A stretch of 64,000 bases of DNA from Malacoraja senta (GCA_038087875.1 CM075991.1:8868001-8932000), one strand, 5' to 3'. Positions 50,389 through 63,380 are shown, numbered from the stretch's first letter. Notes: generated by a model from the sequence alone, not told the origin. Made by a program: numbers and translations.

Positions 50389-51030
50389 GGGCAGCATGGT
50401 GGTGCAGGTGCTATAGCCCTGCACGGGAAGGTAGACACTCCCGCCCCCACGAGTCTCGGGCAGATGGGGCTCGTCAGCCTGGGAAGGCGGTCCATCTAGG
50501 GTGCAGCACCCATGGTCAGTCATGACTGAGGTGGGCCTACTACCAGGTGGTGCAGTGCCAAGTCCCGGGTTCCATCCTGACTATGACACGATACAATACG
50601 ATCGAACTTTATTCATCCCAGGAGGGAAATTGATCAGCCAAAACACAAAATACATGAAACATGAAATTAAAGTGACGAGTGGAAAGGATTGGGGATGTGC
50701 AAAGACTGGGGAGGGGAGGGGGAGGGGGAGCGGTGGGGGGGAGGGGAGTCAGTCTCAGTTTCAGTCTACCCATGACAGAAGGTGGAGGAGTTGCACAGTT
50801 TGATAGCGGAGTGGGTGCTGTTTGTACCTTCTCCCCACGACCGTGTGTGTTTTCTCCGGGTGCTCCAGTTTCCTCCCTCATATGAAAGATGTACAGGTTT
50901 GTAGGTTAATTGGCTTTGGTAAAGTTTGCAAACAGCCCCTAGTGTGTAGGATAATGCACTAGGGGCGATCGCCGGTTGGCACGGACTCGGTGGGCCGAAG
51001 GGCCGGTTCTGCGCTGTATCTCTAAAGTCC
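50389..51030 (+). mobile_element. HE1-like SINE with two nested insertions
   Basis: Insertions at 50408-50545 (RTE-like) and about 50586-50808 (Rex/Babar 3' end, minus strand). Confidence 0.75.
50408..50545 (+). mobile_element. 138-bp bipartite RTE-like non-autonomous element
   Basis: TSD GGTGGTGCAG (50398-50407 / 50546-50555); CAGCCTGGGAAGGCGGTCCATCTAGG (RTE 5' UTR-like) joined to CCCATGGTC..CATGACTGAG (RTE 3'-like). Confidence 0.55.
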
Positions 51031-51421
51031 AAAGATGGAGACAGAGGCTGGAAGGTAATAAGTGGATAGACACTGGGGTAACTCAGCGGGTCAGGCAGCA
51101 TCCCTGGATAGAAGGAATGGGCGACGTTTCGGGTCGAACCCTTCTTCAGACTCAAAACTAGGTAATAAGTGGAACCAGGTAAAGGTGGGATGATGGTCAA
51201 TGGAAACAGTTGGAAATGAAATGGGAAGGTTAGGCCAAGCAAGAAGAGCCCCAAGTCTGTATGGGTGTTATCAAGCAAAATATGACACTGTGCCAGTTCA
51301 GTGGAGGTAGAGGAGGTATCTAAAAGCTTGGTCAATGAAAAAGGTTTTGATAAGGTTCAGTGGGAGAATTCGAGATATATGCTTTGGCAGCTGAAGGTGT
51401 GGTCACCAATGATGGTGATGG

Positions 51422-51858
51422 TCACAAACTCATCAGGAAGGCTGGCTCCGTCCTGGGGTGGAGTTGGGAGTCGGATTCACGGGAGGTGGGTCTTGGAGGG
51501 GAGGATGCTCCTCAAACTGCAGAGCATCCTGGACAATACATCTCACCCCCTCCATGACACACTGGTCAACCTGAGGACCACCTTCAGCAACAGACTGGTT
51601 CCACCAAGATGCAGGACAGAACGCCACAGGAGATCCTTCTTCCCTGTGGCTATCAAACTGTACAACTCCTCCCCCTTCTGTCGTGGGGTAGACTGAGACT
51701 GACTCCCCTTCCCTCTCCCCCCACTCCCCCCTCCCCAATCTTTGCACATCCCAATCCTTTCCACTCGTCACTTTAATTTCATGTTCATGTATTTTGTGTT
51801 TTATGACTGCTGGCAGATCAATTTCCCTCCTGGGATAAATAACGTTCTATCGTATCAT
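51422..51858 (+). mobile_element. Rex1/Babar LINE 3' fragment (second subfamily)
   Basis: KLIRKAGSVLG..MLLKLQSILDNTSHPLHDTL..FSNRLVPPRCRTERHRRSFFPVAIKLYNSS; tail AATTTCCCTCCTGGGATAAATAA; inverted copy at 50586-50808. Confidence 0.85.
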
Positions 51859-52072
51859 ATGGAATAATTGGCATCAAGGACGTGCAAGAGGCACGTAAGA
51901 ATCAAATTGTTCGATCTGGCACAAATGACAATAAAACACTCTTGACATGACAGAACTGGTGCGAGAGGTGACCCCACGTCTGGAGGAGGTCACAGAGGCC
52001 AGAGGTGGAAGTGGAGAGACTATGGAAGTGTCTTGGCAAGAAGTGAACACTGAAAATGTAGGACATGGATGG

Positions 52073-52254
52073 TTAGACAAAAATGCTGGAGAAACTCAGC
52101 GGGAGCGGCAGATTCTATGGAGTGAAGGAAATAGGCAACGTTTCGGGCCCGAAACGTTGCCTATTTCCTTCGCTCCATAGATGCTGCCGCACCCGCTGAG
52201 TTTCTCCAGCATTTTTGTCTACCTTCGATTTTCCAGCATCCGCAGTTCCTTCTT
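52073..52254. mobile_element. Penelope-derived fold-back insertion
   Basis: Perfect centre CAACGTTTCGGGCCCGAAACGTTG; TSD GGACATGGATGG (52061-52072 / 52255-52266). Confidence 0.8.
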
Positions 52255-52332
52255 GGACATGGATGGGTAATGGAATATCAACCTACATTGATATTCGTGC
52301 CTTGTTGAGTTCCTGGCACCCTGAATCCACTG

Positions 52333-52630
52333 TTTAGTTTAGATTAGATATACAGCGCGGAAACAGGCCCTTCGGCCCATCGAGTCTGCGCCGACCAGCG
52401 ATCCCCGCACACTAGCACTATCCTATACACACTAAGGATAATTTACAATTATGCCAGGCCAGTTAATCTACAAACCTGTACGTCTTTGGAATGTGGGAGG
52501 AAACGGGAGATCCCAGAGAAAACCCACGCAGGCCACGAGGAGAACGTACAAACTCCCTACAGACAGCGCCCATGTTCAGGATCGAACCAGGTTCTCAGGC
52601 AGCAACTCTACCGCTGCGCCACCATGCTGC
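52333..52630 (-). mobile_element. HE1-like V-SINE
   Basis: Full reverse copy between two long direct repeats. Confidence 0.85.
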
Positions 52631-53519
52631 TTATGGAGGTGTCTTGAAGCAAAACAAAGATTTGTGCTTGTAAATTGCTGGAAACGAACACTGAAAATGT
52701 AGGACATGGATATGTAATATAATGTCAAACCGCATTGATGTCCGTGCCTTGTTGAGTTTCCTGGCACCCTGAATCCGCTGGTGCTGAGCGGGAGTATGAA
52801 CGACTGTATCAGGATGACTGTGTCATGACAAGAGTCCAACATGACATTTGGAAGAAGCCCTGCGATGTTGGCAGACTTCAGCTTCAGAGCAGAAGGCAAA
52901 GTAACTGAAGCGGTGGAAGCACAACCTCGGTGCCAAATACCCACAGAAAAAAATCCACTCACAACATTGCTCATTGACTCCAATAGGTTTTAAAGCAGTT
53001 TTAATCGCAGACTCTAGAAAAAAGAACAATGCTTTGTTCCTTCGACTTAAGATCTCATTGGAGTTTCGGCTTGGCTTGGCTTGGCATGTGATCCATCACC
53101 CCATTGATTTCAGTGCAGGTTAGAATATTGAGATTAACTAACTCCGCTTTTTAAATTAACTCAATTTTGTATAATGTGTTTCAATTCCTTAGTTTTTATC
53201 ATCGGATCATTTTATAGAAATTTTATGATTTTTGAGTTTTAACTGTTCAAGGCGCTGAAGGCACATTATGTGATGGGCATAACTGCTGTCTGTCAAAGGC
53301 TTTCAGGGCTGTTTTTGGTGTGGGTTGCAATCTTCCATTGGAGACCCTACTCTTCCTCAGGCTGAAGACTGAACAGATGAGTTGAGCAACAATGGCTCAT
53401 GGGTCGGTGTCTTCGGATCGAGGCATCAGTGGAGTGGGCCGCTGGAGGCCCTGCAACAGCCTGGGGCTCGATTGGATCGGGCGACGCTCCAGAAGGGGTG
53501 AGAGGATGAATGGGGGAGT

Positions 53520-53817
53520 AGGGCAGCACAGAGGCACAGCAGTAGAATGGCTGCCTTACAGCACCAGATGCCCGGGTATGGGTGCTGTCTGTACGGAGTT
53601 TGTACGTTCTCCCCGTGACTGTGTGGGTTTATCTCCGGGTTCTCTGGTTTCTTCCCACTCTCTAAAGACGTACAGGTTTGTAGGTTATTTGGCTTGGTAT
53701 AAATGTAAATTGTCCGTAGTGTGCGAAGGATAGTGTTAGTGTACGGGGATCGCTGGTCGGTGCAGACTCGGTGAGCCGAAGGGCCTGTTTTGTGCTGTAT
53801 CTCTAAACTAAACTAAA
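53520..53817 (+). mobile_element. HE1-like V-SINE
   Basis: Head, V-domain, tail. Confidence 0.85.
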
Positions 53818-54114
53818 CCCGAGGGGGAGAATGGCCTACTTCTGCTGCTATGACTTGTGAAGTTATGAAATGAAAATGGCGAGCCTGTGGATCGGTCGCG
53901 GCCTGCAGCGGCACGGAGCAGTGGAGGACATCAACGATTTAACTTGGCCAGGCCGACCCTGCAATGTCGCCAGTAGGCGGGCCTCCATGACCAAGTTAAG
54001 AACTCTACATGTATAACAACGTCCAGACTTGACGCTTGAAAAATGGCGCCATACATGGCGACTCTTGTATACTGTCTCAGTGTAATATTCCCATACACTT
54101 GTCCCTAACTATGA

Positions 54115-54422
54115 TTTAGTTTAGTTTAATTTAGTTTAGAGATACAGCATGGAAACAGGCCCTTCAGCCCACCAAGTCCACACTGACCAATGATCATCCA
54201 TTCATACTAATTCTATCCTACACATAAGGGACAATTTACAGAAGCCAATTGACCTACAAACCTGCACAACTTTGGAGCGTGGAAGGAAACCGGAGCATCC
54301 GGGGAAAATCCACGCACTCACAGACTGAAGGTACAAACTTTGTACAAACAGCACCCGAGGTCAGGATCGAACCGGGGTCTCTGGTGCTGTGAGGAAGCAA
54401 CTCTACCATTACGCCACCGTGC
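54115..54422 (-). mobile_element. HE1-like V-SINE
   Basis: Reverse copy. Confidence 0.8.
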
Positions 54423-55051
54423 ATAATAATAACTTGTGTGTAGCAATATTTTTAATATGACTAGCATTTCACAGTACCGTGTCAGTAAAGTATCATTGAA
54501 CCATCGGGCTGCTGGAGTGAATGCCTTTAGGTCGCTTGTTTAATCTTTCACATCCCAACAAGGTAGGAGGAATCAAAAGCTGAAAGGATGTGAAGAGGGA
54601 GGAGGATTTAAAAGACCATGGCATGGAAAAATCTGAAGTCATCCAGCAAGCAAAGAAGCAGGCTTTTCTGACAGTGAGAGATCATAAAATGTTGACGTTC
54701 AAAAGGAACAAGGGTGCTTGCACACGTGTTAGTGAGAAGCAAATGAGCTAATCGGCCTGGATCACAGAAGGATTTGACCTGTGCACAAGGGCACAAGATC
54801 CTTTTCAACATTAATATTTCCAAATCTCCCACCACTTATACTCCGCTTTTCTGCTTGTTGTACTGGTGAATGACCACAAAGATGGCTCACAGACAAGCGG
54901 AGAAACTCGTGATTAGTGACAAAGGGGACATCAGACCCTGTCAGACTTGAACTGACAAGATGCCCGTAGACAGTCAGAAAGTTTCTATTTTCACCCAGGT
55001 TGGAAATGTCATAGGCTAGAGGGCATAGCTTTAAGAGTCAAGAGAGTTTCA

Positions 55052-55432
55052 CGGGCCTGTCCCACTTAGGCGACCTTTTCGGGCGACTGCTGGCACCCGT
55101 CATAGGCCGCTGAAAATGTTCAACATGTTGAAAATTCAGCGGTGACCAGAAAGACCCTACGACGCTTTGGGTGACTAGGGAGACCTCTCACCACCATACA
55201 GGCGACCCCTGGCGACGTTGTGGGTGTCGCGGGGTGTCACCAGGGGGTCACCTAAGTGGTCGTGAGAGGTCGCCAGGGGTCGCCTGTATGGTCGCGAGAG
55301 GTCTCCTAGTCAGCCAAAGAGTCGGAGCGTCTTTCTGGTTGCCGCTGAATTTTTAACATGTTTGAAAATTTTCGGCGACATATGACGGGTGACGGCAGTT
55401 GCCGAAAAGGTCGCGTAAGTGGGACAGGCCCT
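55052..55432. mobile_element. Harbinger-type MITE, near-fully palindromic
   Basis: TIRs GGGCCTGTCCCACTTA.GCGACCTTTTC, exact TSD TCA/TCA. Confidence 0.85.
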
Positions 55433-55442
55433 TCATTGTCAT

Positions 55443-56646
55443 AACAGCCTGCTCACCAGACTTAGGGACCTTGGCATTGAAGGTTCTGCACTCAGCTGGT
55501 TCCGTTCTTACCTTTCCAACCGATCCCACTTCATCTCTCTCCATAACCACACCTCTGCCACAGCCACTGTCACTCAAGGCGTTCCCCAAGGCTCCGTTCT
55601 TGGTCCCCTCCTCTTCATCATCTACATCCTCCCCCTTGGTCATATACTCCGTCACTTCAACCTGGACTTCCACTGCTATGCTGATGACACCCAGATCTAT
55701 CTCAGCACCAAGTCCCCCCACCACCCCCTCTCTCCCATATCAACTCCTGCCTATCAGCCATCAAATCTTGGATGCAACTCAACTTCCTTAAATTAAACAG
55801 TAGCAAAACAGAATTTCTCCTCATTGGCTCCAAATCAACACTCACTAAAATTAACAACCCCACTCTCACTATCGACGGCACCACTGTCTCCCCATCTCCT
55901 CAGGCACGCAACCTTGGCGTGATCCTTGACTCAACCCTCTCCCTTGAGCCTCACATCCGCCATGTTGTCAAAACATCATTTTTTCACCTCCGCAACATTG
56001 CCAAAATCAGATCGTCTCTCACACCCCCCGCTGCTGAAAGACTCATCCATGCCTTCATCTCCTCCCGACTGGACTACTGTAACTCTCTTCTTTTCGGAAT
56101 CAATTCCAGCAGCATCAACCGACTCCAACTGGTCCAGAATGCAGCCGCTCGACTCATTACCCACACCAAATCCTGGCACCACATCACCCCAGTTCTCAAA
56201 GAACTTCACTGGCTTCCCATTTCCCACCGGATCACCTACAAAATCCTGGTCCTCACCTACAATGCCCTCAACAACCTGGCCCCCCCCTTATCTCATTGAC
56301 CTCCTCTCCCCCTACCAACCCTCACGGTCCCTCAGATCCACATCAGCCGGTCTCCTCTCCACTCCGAAATCAAACCTCTGCACTTTTGGAGGCAGAGCCT
56401 TCTCCAGGGCAGCTCCCAGGCTCTGGAATTCCCTCCCACAACCGGTCCGAAATTCCCAGTCCCTCACCATCTTCCAGTCCCCGCCTCAAGACCCATCTCT
56501 TCACCTCTGCATACCCTTAGTCCCATGTTCCCCTCCCCTCTGTCTTACTGCTCTATTTTGTTTTGTTTATTCCTGACTCTCAATTGTAAAGCGACTTTGA
56601 GTCCTGAAAAGCGCTATATAAATAAAATCTATTATTATTATTATTA
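55443..56646 (+). mobile_element. L2-clade LINE, 5'-truncated reverse transcriptase pseudogene
   Basis: ALSWFRSYLSNR..GVPQGSVLGPLLF..FHCYADDTQIYL, NFLKLNSSKTE, SRLDYCNSLL..LQLVQNAAAR, LHWLP, with frameshifts; tail GCGCTATATAAATAAA..(TAT)n. Confidence 0.92.
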
Positions 56647-56751
56647 TATGTCCCAGATAGAACAATAAAATTCTTACTTGCGGCAGCACAACAGAATATG
56701 TAAACATATTATACTGTAAACTATATAATAAATGAGAAAAAAAGTTTAGTG

Positions 56752-56753
56752 TG

Positions 56754-56826
<73 letters not shown>
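56752..56826. repeat. (CA)n/(TA)n microsatellite
   Basis: Direct observation. Confidence 0.9.
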
Positions 56827-57624
56827 TTGCATGCACACATTCAAATGAAATGTGCAGGGCAAGATTTGTATTTTGACACAGGGTGGTGGGTGCCTGGAAT
56901 GTGATGCCAGGTGTGGTGATGGAGGCAGATATGATAATGGCAGTCGAGAGGCTCTTATATTGGCACATGGATATGATAGGAATGGAAGGCGAGGGATCAT
57001 GTGTAGGCAGATGAAGTTAGTTTGCCTTGACACTGTGTTCGGCACACACACATTGTGAGCTGAAGGGCTCGTTCCCGTGCTGTACTTTTCTATGATCTAT
57101 GTTCTAAATAGGAGCTGAAGAAGGCCATTCAGCCCTTCAACCCTGCCTTGAATTTGCTCACAGCCCTGTCCGCTGGAAAATTCTGAAAATTCACAACCCC
57201 TCAGTGTGAAGAAATCCCCCTGATCTCAGGTCTAAAGGCCGAGCACTTTATTCTGAGTCTACTTTTCTGAGCTCCCTGCTGTCACCAGACTTTATCTGTT
57301 TCCTGACAACAGTTATTTGGCTAATCGATCTATTTTCTCTCTCCCCCCTTTTCTTTTGGCTGGGAGCATGGTAGAATTCTCATGTTCATAAGTGATAGAA
57401 GCAGAATTAGGCCATCCGGCCCATCTAGTGTACTCTGCCATTCAATCATGGCTGATCTATTTTTCCCTCTTAACTCCCTTCTCCTGCCTTCTCCCCATAA
57501 CCTCTGATACCTGTACTAATCCAGAATCAATCTATCTTTGCCTTAGAGATATCCATTGACTTGGCCCCCATGGCCTTCTGGCAGATTACAAGCAACAAGC
57601 CTATATCTGTGATGATCTTTAATC

Positions 57625-58090
57625 CCAGGAATGATTGGCTTAACATTTGATGAGTGTTTGACGGCACTGGGCCTGTACTCGCTGGAGTTTAGAAGGATGA
57701 GGGGAAGGGGACCTCATTGAAACTTACCGAATAGTGAAAGGCCTGGATAGCAGGGTGTGTTTCCACGTGGGAGAGTCTAGGACCAGAGGTCATAGCCTCA
57801 GAATAAAAGAACGTACCTTTAGAAGGGAGATGAGGAGGAATTTCTTTAGTCAGTGGGTGGTGAATCTGTGGAATTCGTTGCCACAGAAGGCTGCGGCGGC
57901 CAAGTCAATTAATATTTTTAAGGCGGAGATTGATACATTCCTGATTAGTACGGATGTCAGGGGTTATGGGGAGAAGGCAGGAGAATGGGGTTGAGAGGGA
58001 AAGTTAGATCAGCCATGATTGAATGGCGGAGTAGACTTGTGATGGGCTGAATGGCCTAATTCTGCTCCTATAACTTATCAACTTATGAAA
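57625..58090 (+). mobile_element. CR1 3' fragment (inverted partner at 57380-57580)
   Basis: LGLYSLEFRRMRG..ESRTRGHSLRIK..NLWNSLPQKA plus tail. Confidence 0.85.
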
Positions 58091-58474
58091 GACCCTTAAA
58101 AGTTGCCGCTGACATAACACGACCCAGAAGGAGACGACTCATTGAATATCAGCTCCTGTGTGTTAATGATCCTTTAATCACAATAAACTTTAATGATATG
58201 AATTACTTTATGCTTTTCTCTCTTTTGACAAGTTGTTTCATTTCTGGAAAATGCTGTATATATCCTTTACAAGTAGCAATTGACATTTTAAGGCAATATT
58301 CCATTATGAGTCAAAGAATGGAGGAAATTTTGCCCGAGGGACCTCATTAATAATGCAGTAGCTTTACATAAAAAAATGATCTGGATGGACTACTCTATGA
58401 GCTGTATAATAGTTTAAGATGGTTAGAGTATTAAAGATGGTTAGAATATTTTGTGTTCATTTCTTCTCCTCTGG

Positions 58475-59240
58475 TCTGTACAGATTGCAGAGAAGATTTG
58501 GGAGGATGTTGTCAGGACTCGAGGGCCTAAGGCTTAGGGAGAGGTTAGGCAGGCCTGGACCTTTGTTCATTGGGGTACAGGAGCCTGAGGGGTGATCTTA
58601 TAGAGGTGTATAAAATAATGAGGGGAATAGATAGGGTGGATGCACAGGGTCGGAAAATGAAGAAGACTAGAAACATAGAAACATAGAAAATAGGTGCAGG
58701 AGGAGGCCATTTTCCCTTTGAGCCAGCACCGCCATTCTTTGGCTGATCGTCCCCAATCAATAACCCGTGCCTGCCTTCTCCCCATATCCCTTGATTCCAC
58801 TAGCCCCTAGAGCTCTATCTAATTCTCTCTTAAATCCATCCAGTGATTTGGCCTCCACTACCCTCTGTGGCAGGGAATTCCACAAATTCACAATTATCTG
58901 GGTGAAAAAGTTTGTTCTCACCTCAGTCTTAAAAGGCTTCTAAGACTGTGGCCCCATAGGTTCAAGGTGAGAGGGGGAAGATTTAATAGGAATCTGAGGG
59001 GCAATCGCTTTCACTCAGAGTGTGATGGGTGATCACTCAGGAACGAGCTGCCAGAGGAAGTGGTTGGGTCAGATACTGTAGCAGCATTTAAAAGACACTT
59101 GGACAGGTCAATGAATGGGAAAGGTTTTAAAGGATATGGACCGAATCTGGGCAAATAGGACTTGTTTAGATGGGGCATCCTGCTCGCATGGATGAGTTGG
59201 GCTGAAGATCATGCTTCTGTGATGCATTAGTGCATGACTA
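58475..59240 (+). mobile_element. older CR1 with nested opposite-strand CR1 end (58668-58953)
   Basis: RGDLIEVYKIMRGIDRVD..FKVRG.RF..; inner (CATAGAAA)n tail. Confidence 0.75.
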
Positions 59241-59499
59241 TATCCCATCTCTGGCCAAAATAATGTACCTTTGCCAGTGTATTCAAGCATATGGTTTACA
59301 AAGGTATAGCATGCAGATAGTGCCCCATGGTCCCCTTGGGTGGACAGCTCCAAAGAAGCACTGTCCTTCAGGTGGTGGAATTGTTTCTCATCTTGGTCCT
59401 AAATGGCAAAGCATGGATGGATGGGCTGAATGGCCTAGTCTTATCCTAGTTTCTATGTTGTCCCCTTATTGTGACACTGCAGCCCCGACTTCTGATCAC

Positions 59500-59845
59500 T
59501 TATGTATAAGATCATGAGAGGAATAGATGGGGCAAATGTAGTATTTTACCCAGAGTAGGGGAATCAACAACCAGAGGAGCAGGGAATGATTTCATAGGAA
59601 CCTGAGGAGCGATGTTTTTTACACAAAGGGTGGTGGGTGTATGGAACGAGCTGCCAGAGGAGATAGTTGAGGCTGCTACCAACGCAACCTTCAATCAACA
59701 TTTGGACAGGTGCACGGATAGGGCAGGTTTAGAGGGATATGGGCAAAACGCAGGCAGGTGGGACTAGTATGGATGGGACATGTTGGTCGGCATGGTCAAC
59801 TTGGGCCAAATGGCCTGTTTCCACGCTGTATGACTCTGTGACTCA
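59500..59845 (+). mobile_element. CR1 3' end
   Basis: FTQRVVGVWNELPEEIVEA plus tail. Confidence 0.8.
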
Positions 59846-60241
59846 CTTCAACCAGAGGAAGCATAATCCTTCTATTTAGGTTGGAAAACCCCTTAAGAAT
59901 TTGGTACATTTCATTCTGCCAAACCTAATAGAGGAGGAACCAGTCTGAAGAAGGGTCTCATCCTGAAACATCACCCATTCCATCTCTCCAGAGATGTTGC
60001 CTGTACCGCTGCGTTACTCCCGCACTTTGTGTCTAATTTTGGTTCAAAACAGCATCTGCAGTTCCTTCCTACAAAGTCTGATTAGTCTCTCCTCACAGAA
60101 TAACCCCCCCCCCCCTATTCCAAGAATTAGACCTGTGAACCATTACTCCACTCTCTCAAGAGTCAGTATATTTTTTTCTTACATGGGGAGGGCAAAAATG
60201 TATCTAATGTCCAGCCTCAGTTCTCACTTGAGTCCTCGGTA

Positions 60242-60622
60242 ATTGGGCAGCTTACAACCCAGCGGTATGTACATATAATGATTTCTCTAACTTCAAGCAA
60301 CTCTTGCTTTCCCTCTCTCTTTGTCCCTCCCCCCACCCTAGTTCTCCGACTAGTTTCACTGTCCTCCTGATTAATTTTACTGTTTGTATGCCTCGTTGTC
60401 ACCTTCCCCCAGCCAACATTGAACCATTCTACACTGCCTAGAGCATCGTCTGCTTTAATCTGTCATTTTCACACCTTGCATTCTCTTTGTACCCATCCAT
60501 ATATCCAGGTTCCCTCTGGCTCTCAGTCTGAAGAAAGGTCTCGACCCGAAACGTCCCCCATTCCATCTCTCCGGAGATGCTGCCTGTCCCGCTGAGTTAC
60601 TCCAGCATTTTGTTTCCATCCT
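60242..60622 (+). mobile_element. Penelope-like pseudo-LTR (endonuclease end, UTR, hammerhead core at 60528)
   Basis: LGSLQPSGM..DFSNFK then a pyrimidine-rich UTR, CTGAAGAAAGGTCTCGACCCGAAACGTC; inserted in an old minus-strand CR1 (about 60100-61000). Confidence 0.75.
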
Positions 60623-61425
60623 CTTATAATTTCAGTAAGATGTCTTTACTCTTGTACTCAAATCATCTTGCAATGAAGGGTAATGTACTATTTGTCTTTC
60701 TAATTGCTTTCTGTACCTGCAGATTAGCTTTTAATGATCACTGAACAAGGACACAAAGTTCCCTCTGACATCAACACCTTTCAAACTCACCATTTGGGGA
60801 TACGTGCCTTACTATCTTCTCTGCAAAAGTGGACAACGTCACATTTTTCCACCCAAGTTGCCATGTCCTTGTTCATTCACTTAACCTGTCTGAACCAACT
60901 GCGGTAGCCCCATTAAGATCATCCTCACAACTCTTCCTGCCACTCAGCTTTGTATCATCATCAAGCTTGGATATATTACACTTAACTCCCTTCAGATTAA
61001 TGATAATTTTTTCAATTTATTGGCTGGACGGATGACTGTCAATAGAACACAGAGGCACCTTGGTGGGACAAGCGGCATCTTTGGAGAGAAGGAATGGGTG
61101 ATGTTTCGGGTCAAGACCCTTCTTTAGACATCTCAACCCAAAACGTCACTCATTCCTCTCTGGAGATGCTGCCTGTCCCACTGAGTTACTCCAGCATTTT
61201 GTGTCTATCTTCAGTTTCAACCAGCATCTGCAGTTCCTTCCTAACTGGTCTGCTACGTATGAATCCGAGCCAGAATCAGATCACCAGCAAATATTTTACC
61301 ACCATGTTCCCCATGAACACATGACGTGTTAAACAGGTGAGACGCAGCATCCATCAGAAGGGAAGGTGGGGAGTGCAACGTAGAGGGAATCTAAATGGAG
61401 AGGAGGGAATAGGAGACGTGGAGCT

Positions 61426-61729
61426 TTTAGTTTAGTTTAGTGATACAGCGCGGAAACAGGCCATACGGCCCGCCGTGTCAGCACCAACCAGCAATCCCCG
61501 CACATTAACACTAACCTACACACACTAGAGACAATTTACAATTATACCAAGCCAATTTACCTACAAACTTGCACGTCTTTGGAGTGTGGGAGAAAACCAG
61601 AGCTACCGGAGAAAACCCACGCAGGTCACGGGGGGGACGTACAAACTCCGTACAGACAAACAACCCAAGTCAGGATCAAACCCGGGTCTCCGGCGCTGTA
61701 AGGCAGCAACTCTACCGCTGCGCCACCCG
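61426..61729 (-). mobile_element. HE1-like V-SINE
   Basis: Full reverse copy. Confidence 0.85.
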
Positions 61730-62500
61730 GGCATTTGTTGGGGGGGGGGGGGGGGAGAGGAAAAATAGGGGACCCAGAGTAAGAGATTTGATGACAGGTT
61801 GCAGTGGTGGATTATACTGAGCCCGAAATTAGTAGATAATTACTGATCCGTCTGCACAATGCACCAGTCACTTGTTTGTGTCAATTCATTACTGGAGGTG
61901 GGGTGTTACAGAATACATTAGCAGAACATTGTCTGCAGGTAAGAATCGAACATTAATCTTGTGCATTGTTTCCTTTCCAGTGCCTGTGCCAAGTGACAGC
62001 TGGTTGCTTCCTGCAACAAGGCTCCACACATCAATCAATGCTTCTGGCTCCTCAAGTAGGATTTTAGTATGCACACTATGATTGAAGTTCATCATTTTCT
62101 AATTAACCCTACTGGGCAGTTGACCCAACTCACAATAAAGGAGTTTTATCAATGAAGTTTTACAATTTCATTTCCAGCTCAAAGAAAAGTGAAGTTTTTG
62201 AATTAATCAAATAAGTTAATTTGATTCTCTTCATAAAAATGCATTCTCCATATCAGCATTTCTCAATTGGGAATTTGCCAGACAGGTCTGGAGCAGCAGC
62301 CAATTGAAATGTGGTCTGCAGCTTGGCAAATCAAGTTAGTGTTGCAGAACTGTTTTTTTATAATTAAGTTGGGTCCTCTCTATCCAACTTGCCTCTTCTT
62401 GTGGGTCAACTCATTCTTCTTGTCTCTCCTCCTGCCCCTGAAGTCCATCACATTTTTCTCATTGTTTGCAAATTTTTGCACTGTCTGGAAATGTCAAAAT

Positions 62501-63380
62501 ATAGATACATAGAAACATAGAAAATAGGTGCAGGAGTAGGCCATTCGGCCGTTTGAGCCTGCACCGTCATTCAATATGATCATGGCTGATCATCCAACTC
62601 AGTATCCCGTACCTGCCTTCTCTCCATACCCCCTGATCCCCTTAGCCACAAGGGCCACATCTAACTCCCTCTTAAATATAGCCAATGAACTGGCCCCAAC
62701 TACCCTCTGTGGCAGAGAGTTCCAGAGATTCACCACTCTCTGTGTGAAAAAGTTTTTCCTCATCTCGGCCTTAAAGGATTTCCCCCTTATCCTTAAGCTG
62801 TGACCCCTTGTCCTGGACTTCCCCAACATCGGGAACAATCTTCCTGCATCTAGCCTGTCCAATCCCATAAGAATTTTGTACGTTTCTATAAGATCCCCTC
62901 TCAATCTCCTAAATTCTAGCGAGTATAAGCCGAGTCTATCCAGTCTTTCTTCATATGAAAGTCCTGACATCCCAGGAATCAGTCTGGTGCAATTTCTCTG
63001 CACTCCCTCTATGGCTATAATGTCCTTCCTCAGATTTGGAGACCAAAACTGTACGCAATACTCCAGGTGTGGTCTCACCAAGACCCTGTACAACTGCAGT
63101 AGAACCTCCCTGCTCCTATACTCAAATCCTCTTGCTATGAAGGCCAACATACCATTCGCTTTCTTCACTGCCTGCTGCACCTGCATGCCTACTTTCAATG
63201 ACTGGTGTACCATGACACCCAGGTCTCGCTGCATCTCCCCATTTCCTAATCGGCCACCATTTAGATAATAGTCTGCCTTCCCGTTTTTGCCACCAAAGTG
63301 GATAACCTCACATTTATCCACATTATACTGCATCTGCCAAACATTTGCCCACTCACCCAGCCTATCCAAGTCATCTTGGC
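62501..63380 (-). mobile_element. young CR1 LINE, 5'-truncated, open ORF2 C-terminus
   Basis: QDDLDRLGEWANVWQMQYNVDKCEVIHFG..QRDLGV..LYRVLVRPHLEYCVQFWSP..GYGEKAGTGY*, uninterrupted for about 260 codons. Confidence 0.92.

Noticed and set aside
50408..50545. HDV-like ribozyme in the RTE-like mini-element
   Set aside because: I could not assign consistent P1/P2/P3/J4-2 elements; only a general fold-back is visible.
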